From: Bugula neritina
Taxonomy: Eukaryota > Animalia > Bryozoa
Direction: 5' to 3'
Length of the DNA stretch: 64,000 nucleotides
Assembly: GCA_964035545.1 (NCBI GenBank)
Contig: OZ037767.1
Coordinates: forward strand, 20,662,628 to 20,726,627
The notes under the pieces: model-generated
The model's database searches: none
The model's input: the letters and a program-made list of their open reading frames with translations, nothing else
What the model was told of the DNA's origin: nothing
Program-made: the position numbers and the translations under genes
Shown here: piece by piece, positions 13,427 through 25,359 of the stretch
Layout of the letters: the number at the start of each line of letters is the position of its first letter
Position numbering within the stretch: the stretch's first letter is position 1

Positions 13427-16400
13427 ATCTCTCCGTTACCTTGATAACCACTAAAGGCTCAGCATCGGAGAATCTTCTAGAAAGACCAGCCCAGATGTCG
13501 TGTACCGAAGGAAGAAGTTGTTCTGTGATAAAATAGATTTGCAACATTTTACTAATTGTAGCAATACATTAATCATAGATGAAATCAAAAGATTGATAAA
13601 GTGCAAGTTGTTCATACAACTGTAAGCTTATATAACAAAAACTTTCGTTTTGTCTTCATACCATTTTTACTAAAATGGTATGACTTGTCACGCGACATGG
13701 CTTGTCACTTAACATGACATCTCACGTGACACAACCTGTCACTTCACAAAATACTTTTTATCCCAGGTAAATAGGTGCAAGAGAATCTAAAGATATAAAC
13801 AGTATAGAGTTTAGATACACCCAATCAAAGTGAAGTAGCCATGACAGATAATGGCGGATAGTGGTGAATTTTGTCACAATACCTGTGTGAGTAGACAGCA
13901 CGGTACAAGCATCTGATATCATTTCAATGACAACAAGTTTGACCTTGACACTGGGATGAGAGAGCAAGTGTTTACATCTATCTAGCACCTACAGAATCCA
14001 GAGAGAATAATAGCATAGATAGAATTTGTAGCAGTGTGTTACACTACAAACTGAATACACATGTAACCGAAGCTAATACACAGATATTACACACCACGAT
14101 AGGTTACCATAGATGTTACTAGCTACACAACATTCACCAGCCGTAGCTGAGGGATAACATAGACTTGGCTATTCTTTGGTAATCAATTCGTTGTGCAAAC
14201 TTTTTCGAGACATGTGAAACAAGTATAATTCAGCAAACAACTCCCCGCTCATTACAATGTCAAGGTCACAGTTAAGCTCAATGTCAAGGTCACAGCTTGC
14301 TGAATGTCAGACAAGGTTTACCTTTTTAGTAATTTGCACATGCTCAGGTAAATTTTTTTTTTCTTGTAAATTTTGTTCTTCCTGTTCCAAATCCTCCACG
14401 GCTGCCATGTCTTCGTGTCTGTCGTGCTGTTCAGTAGCTGCTGCGGCGTCTGCATCTGATAGTTCGAGGTACTTAGAGGTCATTCTAGTTGTATAGTAAT
14501 CTACCACGTACTCAATGATATCTAAAGTATAGTTTGAATCTACACCCACTTCTGAGTGATTATGATTGAAAGGCTTGTCAGCGTCTGATTGGTTGAGAGT
14601 AGACTCTTGTATTGGAGAGGAAGGAAACCAGAAGCAGAGCTGTCTAAGAAGAGTCTGTGGTACTCTGAGGAGAGAAAGACAACTCTCCACATAGTTATCG
14701 TCTAGACTTAGTAATACCTGGAAAACATGTTGGGAAGATATTCATCATGTAATCTAGGCCAACATGCTATTAGACATTTCACACTATTTTACAGTGAATT
14801 TACATGCATTATGAATAATTTAACTTAATTTAGTACACACTGGATATCTTCAGTTTTTAGCTATTTTTCACAATTTAGCTGGTAATAAACATGACTTTTT
14901 GCCCAAAACTAGTAAAGCACCAATAAATATACCGAAAAAATTAAGGTTCTTCTTAATTTCGCCTCATTTCCTATGTTTTTTCTTATATATTTAGCTTATT
15001 AGGAGTGCGGACCGTTACGAAAAAACCGTAACGGTCCGCAACCAAAAGTAGCTGAATAATTAGGAAGAAACATAGGAAATGAAGCAAAATTAAAAAGAAC
15101 TTTGATTATTTAGGTGCATTTATTGGTGTTTTACTAGTTTTGGCCAAAAAACCCATGTCCATTAGCAGTTGAATTGTGAAAAATAGCTAAAGACTGAAGA
15201 TATCCAGTGTGTACTAAATTAAGTAAAATGACCCTTATACTGTTATACAAGACTAAGTACAGTTCAGGTTTCTAATAGACTCATTTTTTGTTGCTTTTTA
15301 CAAGTAATCTCAAAATGTATTGACATCAATGCGGTGTACTTTGCTGTCATGCTAGATGGATACAAATGAATACCGGTGAATGCAAGTAAGTACAGGTATA
15401 TACGTAAGAGTAAAGGTAAGTACAGGTGAGTACAGCACACACCTCAGTGACGATCTGTGTAATGTATGGTAAAATAGTAGCCTGAGAGTAGCGTATCACA
15501 CTACAGAGTACGGAGGGGCTGGTGGGGTGACGATGCAATCTTCTTATATTCAGGGATAGAATGTTACACACATAGTTACAGTGCTTCTCTATCAGCTCAG
15601 CCTTTCCACTAGACGGGAAATACATCAGAGTTAGAAATCAGTCTGTTTCAGTGTGCGTTATGAGCAGACAACTTCAGTCTAACTATCTATTAGGAGTCGT
15701 CTTCTAGTTAAAAAAATAGTTTGATATTTAGATATTAATGAAATATTTTGTAACTCAAACAAAAGAGCCGCAAAAAATATTAATACAATATATTAGCTGT
15801 ATACACCTGATAATATCACCTGTATACACCTTATAGTCAAGTATTACCTGTAGTTGAAGGCAATACTGACAACCTGTAGACCGGTGACAGCTGTGTGTCG
15901 TATGAGGATATTGTCATGAGCACAAGACTCCAACATAGCGTACAGTGAGTACAGCAATAGTTCAGGGTACTCGGAAGTGCACACCTGAAGCAAGAGTGTA
16001 ATGTGGCAACAGTGATGCTATGTGGTGACATTAGAAGTGCATGGTAACAGTATTAGTATATGGTAACAGTAGAAGCATATAGTAACAGGAGAAGTATAAT
16101 TATGGTAACAGTAGCATTGGGTGGTGACAATAGTAATGTATTGTAACAGTATTAGTTTATGGTAACAGTAGTAGTATATCATAGTATAAGCAATGTATTG
16201 TAACAGTATTACTAGATGGTAAGGAAAACATCGCTTGGTAACAGCAGACTAACCTGATGTATGGCCACCAGACCTTCTAGAATGAAACAGAGTAGTTGTA
16301 TGCTCTCGTTTCTTTCCACAATGCTCGTTTGTTTTGGTGCTTTGCACTCAAGTTGTCTGTACATGTCATTATAGAATTCCAGCACTACCTTACAAACATC

Positions 16401-19400
16401 GTACTTTTCTTCGGAACTTCCTGCTACACGACAGTGAGAAAGTTGAATATAATACTCTTCGTTGTAAGCATATTATATGTATTCCATAGGTATATTATAA
16501 ACACACAGTATGTTAAACAATTGTCATATTACTATAATATTACAGCACTAACAGCAGAAGTCTCATAAGATTGACACAACATAGGGAACATACCTTGCTG
16601 AAAGGCGGGGAGATAACTCAGAATCTCATTAATCAGGAGAGCCGTCTGCAGGCGATGACGTCTGCTACTCTGACATTCCGACATAAAGTGGTCCACCAGA
16701 GTATACACTTCCCCTACGCAAGTGTGAGAGTATATTAGTATACACTTCCCCTACGCAAGTGTGAGAGTATATTAGTATACACTTCCCCTACGCAAGTGTG
16801 AGAGTATATTAGTATACACTTCCCCTACGCAAGTGTGAGAGTATATTAGTATACACTTCCCCTACGCAAGTGTGAGAGTATATTAGTATACACTTCCCCT
16901 ACGCAAGTGTGAGAGTATATTAGTATACACTTCCCCTACGCAAGTGTGAGAGTATATTAGAATAGCTACAAGTTTCCTAGAAACACACTTAACAGAAAAC
17001 AACTAGAATGATAGCATGAGCAAATCAAATTATCAAAGCAGCATTGAAGCCTTTTTCCTTGAAACTGAAACAAATCTTTCCACCCACCAAAAGTAATATA
17101 ACAAGTTTATCATATTTTATTTGCCCCCCCTCCCATTGCCACGCAGCTGATACATAATTATAGTCTAGAAAATTACACGCATAATTAAAATACATTCAAA
17201 TACTAAAATCAAAAAAATATTACCATAACGGCATGCATTTTATCATTGGCCCCACCCTTAGACTAACACAGCAAGTACTGATAATAACATGTCAACTCAC
17301 CGTGTTTAGTGAAATGTGAAATACACTTGCTAATTTCTTCCCACACTGACTTGTGACTGAAGAGTAGGAATTGCCTTCTCAACACGGGGAACACTACTTC
17401 TGTTGAAGGCAACTCATGGTCTGTAAACAGCGCACGGGTGTTGAAGATATCATATGATAGTGACAGCACAACAGACTAAAATAGCGAATTGTTATGTTCA
17501 GCCCACAGTACTAGTTGAATGTGACCGAGGCAAACTTATTTGGCAGTTTTTGTGTACATTTAAATGTAGTAGACGTTTCTATAGAGTAGAGAATACCTGC
17601 AGTAGCAGCAGATGTTTCTAGAATGTTCACGGATGAGCAGTCGAGCTGCAGAAGTTGGAAGAGTGCCAGAGAGATCCTCTCAAGGTGGGTGTGGCACTTC
17701 AACAAGTAGACTATCTGAGGACCGAGGGAGCTGAGGTAGCCATTGAATGTCTTTAGCACCTTCAAACTTTCAGATTCATCTACAAAACACACAGTATTTA
17801 TTTTCAAAAACAAATAAGTATCTATAGGAAGCATCTGCAGGTAAGTTCTAGTGCTGGAATCATCAGGCAGGTATTGGCAACATTAACAGTAAAATTGGAC
17901 TTTTGCAACTACTGCGATTATCAATTGACACAACAATGGGCTACACCATAGAAAATGGTGAACACAACTGAATTTGTCAATTGGCATAAGTGCAGGTAAA
18001 ATTTCATTTGCAGTTGTTGGACTCAGATAACTAAGTGACTGACAGTAGGTTAGTAAAAGTATCAGGCTTGACTGAACAGCGTATAACACTGTTGAGTGTC
18101 TTCCATTTAAATGTGTTTGTACTTTCACTGAGCAAAGTTCTAAGTTCCAGTTAATTTAACTCTTCAAAAACTTCACTAAAACTTGCTGAACTCACAATGA
18201 TGTAGAGAAACACTCGCTAAGGGCAATACTCAACCTCTACAGTCTACTTGATACTCATGAGAAAGGCAGTGTATTCAGTCAGTTGCATAGAAGTAGTTAT
18301 ACTATACAATATAAACCTTTAACAAGAATACCTGTAGTTCTATTTAACATCTTATAATTAAGTAGAAGGCAGTACTAAAATATATCAACAGCTGAAATGA
18401 TTTAATTGCTCCTGTTGACTGCACATAAAATGTAATCACAAGGTATTAATTAAGTTCAACCAGTTGCTTTAATAATGCAAAAACTGAGTCAAATTATCCG
18501 ACCACATCACCATGTTGATAGAGAATTTTGAATGTATAAACACAGCTGACACATGATATATTCTTGCCTACACTAGAGTGAGGACTAGGACTAGAGTACT
18601 AGGACTAGGGTACAAGGTCGTTGAGAGGGTAACTAGTTTTCTGAAAGTTTAAGTAATCATTAAGACCTTGTCTAGAGATGGTAGTAGGGAGTCTCGTCGC
18701 GATGTCATACACTCTCATTTCCAGCATCTCCCTTGCCCCCTCCACTCTCTCTAGTATTTCCCCCAACTTCTCAGTGCTGCGCTGAGAAACTTGAGTGAAG
18801 TTGTCTCCCATGTTATGTGTGATGATGTCTAGCAGCAGCTCCTTGCTGTCGGGGAGATAACTACAGGAAGGAAATACTAATAACAGGAAATGAGAAAGGG
18901 TTTCATGACAAAATGAAAGGTAAACACAGTTGTATGTGATGATCTGCATACACTGAAAGTGTAAGTAATCATGAACATAAAACTTGTCACAGAGCCTAGA
19001 GGATAGCCTCAGTGACATAAAGTAACTTGATTTCTTTTAGACAGGAAGTGAGCAGACACCACTTCCTGTTTAGAAGACAGTGTAAGCTATGGTTAGTTAC
19101 AATCTGATGTGCAGACGACTCTATTACAGAAATGTAGAACTACTTGAAATAGTCACCAAGTGTTAAATCAGTCAAACAGTGAGATGACTACTTCTAAATT
19201 ATTAGCCAATGAATGAAGCCGGAACAGTACACACCTACTGCAGTGGACTAGAATATGATACGACCAATCAACTGCTTCCCTCCTCACCAGCCAGCTGTCA
19301 TATGACATGCAGACGTCACATATAGACTTGATGACTAAAGGCAAGCTCTGCGTGGCCATCTTACGCCATTCTTCGGTCTTATCCACAATCATAAACTTGT

Positions 19401-21739
19401 TTGTGTCTACAAAACCAGGAGGGAGTATTTGGTAGATTTTACAGAGCTGGCTACACTCAAGTGTGAACTATTTAAAAATTTAATCATGTTTAATCTGTAG
19501 GTCTAATTAGGAACAAACTTTAAACCAAAAATTTAAGAGCAATTATTATTGTTCACTTTTTATGACACGTCCCAACCTCAAAGCAGACAGAAGTAGCGGT
19601 TCTACAGAACACAGGCTAAAAACAGACATACAGTGTCAAGGTCACTCACCGACACTGAAATATGTGTGAGGTAATGGTGCAATGTCCTCGTCATGCCCCC
19701 ATGGAGAATTAGAAAGTGAAATCCTTAGACACCCATGCATCAGCTTCAAAGCTCTCTAGAAAACAAGATATGAATATATGTTGATGGCAAATATTTAGAT
19801 GTGTAACTTTAAACATATTACTACGTATACACTACATACACACTACATAGTACATACACACGCACGCACGAAACGTAAACTGAGATACTCAACAACACGA
19901 CTTTACAAACAAAATATGAGTAGAAATAGTTTTCATAATCATCTTCATTATTTTGTAGTGAACAAACCACCTGGTGTTTTGATGCAACCTCCTACACCCA
20001 TTATGAATAAAATATGTTTTCAAATATGATGATTTTTCAAAACTGTTAGGGCACTTGATTGACTGACATTTACTAAACATTCATGTTGCTAGAACCTATT
20101 TTTGATGTTTAGTCAATTTCTAAACAATATGAGTGAAAGTCATATCAGAAGAAGCTTACTGCTATGACTTTAGCCTTGGGGGCTGGACTTGTTATAATCT
20201 TAGTGATGTGCTTGACCATGCCGGGCAGGAAACTGGGTAGAACTGTGGCTAACACTCTTCTCAGTTCACAGTCTATTAAACAAGTGACTTATGCAGCTTT
20301 AGATTACTGATAATAGCATATATAAATGAGTCATAACAGTATAGATTTGAGTCATAATAGTATAGAGATGAGTCACAAAAGCATATAGATAAGCTCTAAT
20401 AGCATATATGTAAATGAGTCACATAGTTTAGAGATGGGGCGTAAAGCTTGCAGATGAGAGACATAAATGCATTATGCTTATATGGCAGGTAAAACGAAAC
20501 ACTTTTGTCTAGCAGAGTATTAACCAGTGTGTATTAAACCATTATAGCAATGTAGTAAAATATTATACTGTATATATACATGCATTACAGTGACAGCATA
20601 CTATATGCATACAGGATTTATTTCTCACCAGTTTTATCATCTAACAGGATAAGAAGGCAGTCTAGTGATGCCTGAGTGAGCTCTGAAGACTGGCTGGCTG
20701 ACGCTGTTGTCAGCAGGGTGGATATTAAACCCCCAAACAAAGGCAGCGCCTCCTTAACTATAAATTTGTAACAACTACAAAACAACATGCAAATCATGTA
20801 TGGAGTCGTACAGTATATACAAGTAGCAATACAGCATATACAAGTAGCAATACAGTATATACAAGTAGTAATACAGTATATACAGATAGTAATACAGTAT
20901 ATACAAGTAGTAATACAGTATATACAAGTACAATAGTAATACAGTATATACAAGTAGTAATACAGTATATACAAGTAGTAATACAGTATATACAAGTAGT
21001 AATACAGTATATACAAGTAGTAATACAGTATATACAAGTAGTAATACAGTATATACAAGTAGTAATACAGTATATACAAGCAGTAATGTAGTACACAAAA
21101 GTAGTAATACTCACACAATATCACTCCTGCTGAACAATGCATGAAACATGCTAATAGCTGCTGCTTTAATACTTTCCTCGACAGCTGAAAAAAATAAAAG
21201 CTAATGTCATTGAAATAACAAATTTTTTTAAAGATACTTAGTAAATATGTTCCTAAAGATTAAAAGGCTGCAACTTGAGTGAAGGACAACACAACTTCTA
21301 CCTATATATCATAGATATTCTCACATACCTGCATTCCTCTTAGTTGGTAGAAATATTATGTCTAAGACTGTTTTGAATAAGTCTAAACAAATGGTTTTAC
21401 TTTGTAGCTTAATTCTTTTGAGAAGCAGATTGAAACACTCCAAAGTAGCCAAGCAGACCAGATTATCTCTACAGAAAAGAGGAGGCAAATCTAAACTTCC
21501 TGTCTTAGACAAAGGCAACTGGTAGAACCAACAAGAAAGATCCCTTACTTGATGGCATAGTTTTTCAAAAGCAGTCGAAGTGGAAAGGCAATATATTCAT
21601 GCATTTGCTGAACAACATCATCTGAAAGAACATCAGATCTCAACACATCGGAGAGAGTTTGAACAGATTTCACATCATGATTCTGTGTAACAGTGACTGT
21701 GATTGGACGGAGGTAGTTGAATGCAGTACTGACGTCCAT
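11623..21739 (-). CDS. TTI1: TELO2-interacting protein 1 homolog (TTT complex, HEAT/ARM-repeat PIKK co-chaperone), multi-exon
   Basis: N-terminus MDVSTAFNYLRPITV...HEYIAFPLRLLLK (exon 21739-21549). Internal TTI1-like segments: SFLPGMVKHITKII (~20273-20159), GEVYTLVDHF...LQTALLINEIL (from 16713), LLPSVHDIWAGLSRRF, DFIRARVSKDVLPKL, CILYLSCFQPPQLQQ, VDADLVWYNL (12208-12128). Last exon begins at 11685. Not all internal boundaries were resolved. Confidence 0.93.
13205..13420. repeat. Degenerate ~38-bp tandem repeat followed by a (TA)n microsatellite in a TTI1 intron
   Basis: tagtctatataatatattctagtagacatagagagtgt-like units, then (TA)n at ~13386-13420. Confidence 0.8.
14823..15224. mobile_element. 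~400-bp foldback / MITE-like long inverted repeat in a TTI1 intron
   Basis: Left end acttaatttagtacacactggatatcttcagt pairs with right end actgaagatatccagtgtgtactaaattaagt. The arms stay alignable to a perfect inner stem, tgcggaccgttacg (15006-15019) / cgtaacggtccgca (15027-15040), with a 7-nt loop. Confidence 0.88.
16020..16245. repeat. Degenerate ~19-20-bp tandem repeat (ggtaacagtattagtatat-like)
   Basis: Recurrent gtaacagta cores. Confidence 0.7.
16701..16959. repeat. 7 perfect copies of a 37-bp unit spanning a TTI1 intron/exon boundary
   Basis: gtatacacttcccctacgcaagtgtgagagtatatta x7. Confidence 0.98.
20808..21080. repeat. 21-bp minisatellite (TACAGTATATACAAGTAGTAA)n, ~13 copies, in a TTI1 intron
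   Basis: Tandem periodicity. Explains the three overlapping low-complexity ORFs. Confidence 0.95.
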
Positions 21740-22679
21740 TTGTACTGATAGATAAAGCTGAAAACACAAAGAACAGTTTTGGCTACAAAAAAGAGCCTGT
21801 GTATATCAAAAAATATCATTTACCAAGTTCAATTGCCATCATATTTAAAACTCAATTACCCCACCAGTGCCTTAAAAACTTAAAAATTGAAACAAGATCA
21901 CCCAAATGTAGATATTAGTGGTGGTTACCAATTAAAATAAATAACTTTTTAAAGCTTTATGGAACTAAAGTGATTGCTATGCATTTACATTTTAAAAGAG
22001 CTGTGTTACAGCAAAATAAGATTAAAAATTAAAGATGGTTTAAGGCTCATGAAAATACACTATTTGGGATAATTTCATGTGCCAATTCAAATATATATTA
22101 TTTTTGTTCAATGATTATAATGATAATAATCAACCACTGATAATGGGTTAAAACAAACTACTTATTTTTGTAAGCATTTTTATTAGATTATCATGATGCC
22201 ATTTATCCTTGCCTCAATAAAAATCCTTTTTTTCTGAAAACATTGCTATTTAAATATATGAGACAGAAGTGAGTGCTTAGATTTATTAATATTATAATTT
22301 CTAAGATTATCACCATGAACATTGCTCATTAGGCTTGGAACTTCAATTTTTACTTTAGATAGTTTGACAAAAAAAAAAAAATGAAATTATAGTGCTTAGT
22401 AGTATTAAAACCATAGTCTTTATAAAAGTAATTTTTTTATGATGAACATAATAAATTATATATTAATTTCCTCTTACTCCTTAAGCTTTTTGCATTAACT
22501 TTCAGTCTTGTGTTCAATCCCATTGACATCACTAAGAGTCGTTTTTGTTGCCATCTGAATTACATTATTCATGATTAGTTAAAATGTAAATATGCATTAG
22601 TCGTACTCTTAGACTTTACTTTTAGTTTTGAAGCATTTTAAAATGTTAAATATCTCAAAATTGTCAGAGTGAGTAGCAA

Positions 22680-22900
22680 TTTGAGAGTGAAACTGAGTAG
22701 TAACACTAACTCAAACTGTGAGAATTGGAGTAAACATAACATTAATTACTGTAACACTAAGTCTAACAGTAACTGTAAGTAACTGTTACTGTAAGACTAA
22801 GAGTAAGACTATCATTAGTATCATAGACTAAGACTAAGAGTTAGAGTAAGAGCAAGGTAAAACTAAAAGTAAAACTAAAACTAAAAGTAAAGCTAAAGGT
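22680..22900. repeat. Degenerate hexamer-periodic array upstream of TTI1 (related block at ~23790-23910)
   Basis: gtaacactaagtctaacagtaactgtaag...actaagactaagagttagagtaag. Confidence 0.75.
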
Positions 22901-24784
22901 TGAAACAAATTAGAAACACTGCAAAAGCTTTAATGAATCAACAAGTTATGGAAACAAAATTGATGCTTCATGAAAAAATAAAACTGTTGCAATTTTTTTT
23001 ATAAGTTAAAATTGAAACTACACGGAGATCTTTAAGTTTAACAAAATTGATGACTAATTACGGTTTCAAAGGTGGAGACTAGAAAGCCATATTGATATTA
23101 TTGTAGAGGAGATCTGCGGCATTATAAAGATTCCGTAGATGGATCGTGTACAAGTAAACTATAATGTAAAATATTATTACATAAGATTTGTATCATAATA
23201 ACGTTATAGTCACTACCAATTTAATGTTACATAAAAAGAACGTTTTTTAAATTTGCAAGACTACAAGATTTTAATTATTGAATTATACAAGTTCGTTGTT
23301 TTCCGACTTTTTAAAATACAAGTCTTTTCTTCTACATACAGAGTTGTCATTACCTGCAATTTCAATTTGAAGAAAAATTAAGCCATCATAAATTATTATT
23401 ATTATTTTACAAATTCTAAAATCATACTACCAGTAATGATAATAATATTTGTAACAGTAATAATTCTTATATTATATCGAAAGCAAAAAACTTTGCACAC
23501 GGAGTTGTCATCTTTTATTAACTACACCAGTGTAAGCTTATTATAAGATCTCTTACATCAAACTATGATATTGACTCTAATACTTAGCTGTATCCATCAA
23601 AGGTTAAAGTAATTCATTCATCACGCCTCGTTAGTATTGCGTTTGCCATTTCATTTTATTATTCTAGTGTGGTTGGTTTACATGTGTGAGTGAAAAGTTG
23701 CAAAAAAAGTTGTTTAAGACTAAACTGAAACTTGACAGTTGAAATTTAATAAGTTTAAAGTCTGTCGCAACAGATAATTATTCACAGTCGAATTGAAATT
23801 GAAACTGTTGGCGTAACTCAAGCTGAAACTCGGAACTGTAAGTAAAACTTAAACTCAAACCAAGTCTTGGTCTGTAACTGTAAGACTAACACTAACTCTA
23901 AGAGTTAGTGAAAACTCCAATTTTTCATTCAATATTATTTCATAAATAACACTAACAAAATTAAATGTGGCTTATGCCTTATACTTATAGCCATTCAGCT
24001 TTCGTCAGTACTCAGTAGAGAGGTTTTTAATATACAATTTGAATTACAAATACTAATAGTAATACTAATAGTAATAGTGAAATACATGTGACTAAATTAT
24101 CATTATGTGTTGATGTTCAGTAGCATGAGCATGTTAATGTTATTGTTACCAGTGACTTTTGTTATCTGAAAACAAGTGCTCCTTATAGTTGATAGTTTTT
24201 GATGGTCAGTAAAGTTTTTTTCAGTTTTTTTAGCCATTTATGTGGTTGAAAATAAGAGCCTTTAATCTCAAAGGTATTTTCTTAAGAATCTGAATCATGT
24301 CTCATTGCCAAAACCTAAGAGGTTTTAATTTGTGCAAGTGTTGTTTCGAGTGCTTGCAGTGTCAGTTTGTTTATACAAGTATTTTATATTAACTTTGATT
24401 TTCAACGTGAGCATCTATGCGCATTTAAAACTGAATTGTTATACTTATCAAGTGAACTGCTTCTAAAAATAAACTAAACCTGAGTTGATCCTCGTGAAGT
24501 GAATACAATTTTAATTGTACTAAGAGACCAATACTATTAAATATTATATTTCAAGAATCAAATTATTGTGAACAGTTGTTGAATTCTACTATTCCTCAAC
24601 TTGTAATGAGAATTTGAGATGTTACGTTTGTATTAATTAAGCATTCATTTATGTTTCATGTAGCAACGCCTACAGCCAGTTGGAAACTCCCAAAGCCCAA
24701 AAGATCACTTCAGAGAGCATAAGCATGAGAGTACAGCTTATATTACAGCCCTGTGTTGAACTGATAGATTCTCCCTCGAGCTAG

Positions 24785-24790
24785 TATAAA
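24785..24790 (+). promoter_or_regulatory. Candidate TATA box of the small secreted-peptide gene
   Basis: TATAAA about 130 bp upstream of the ATG at 24919. Confidence 0.35.
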
Positions 24791-24918
24791 CTCCATAGAC
24801 TACCTAAATTATTATATTACAAATCCATAAGACACTTTATTTGGAAATAGCCAAGGAGTTCTATAATAAATAAAGTTTGATATTGACTTGATAACTTGAA
24901 TAGAAATTTGAGGTGAAG

Positions 24919-25359
24919 ATGGTGCTGGTGAACATAGTCAAGGGAATCTTTATGCTGATGTTCTGCCTAGGGTACTCACTAGCTTTACTAGGCGCTGCCA
25001 AACTACTTGAAAGTTTGGTCCACAGACTAGAAACAAGCCAGGTTGGCCGAAAACTTTCATTTAGCTCTTGGAAGAAAATGCTGGATAGTGACAGCGAGAA
25101 TGTTTTCTGTAAGTTATTTACTTTAGTTTGCATGTTTCTTAACATGTCAATGTCAAAATGTATGTATAAATGTACTTAATTGAATCAGTTTTGAGGCAGA
25201 CTAAGAATATTAGTGTGTACTTGTGTATACTAAAGTTTTATGTTCATGTAATGATGTGTTTTAGCACCAACCCATGAGTTTGGGTGGAGCAAGAGATCCT
25301 ATAATCTTCAGATGGCAGAGAGAGTAGAAGGGAGTCGTGTTAAACCGTCTCTTTGTTAA
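24919..25359 (+). CDS. Orphan small secreted protein / neuropeptide-precursor-like, 94 aa, 2 exons
   Basis: Exons 24919-25108 (T|gtaagt) and 25265-25359 (ttttag|) join in frame (285 nt): MVLVNIVKGIFMLMFCLGYSLALLGAAKLLESLVHRLETSQVGRKLSFSSWKKMLDSDSENVFSPTHEFGWSKRSYNLQMAERVEGSRVKPSLC. Hydrophobic N-terminus, dibasic RK/KK/KR sites, AATAAA at 25668-25673. Confidence 0.7.

Noticed and set aside
19041-19069. Short hairpin acaggaagtg...cacttcctgt
   Set aside because: A 10-bp stem with no other element features could arise by chance or be an unclassifiable remnant.
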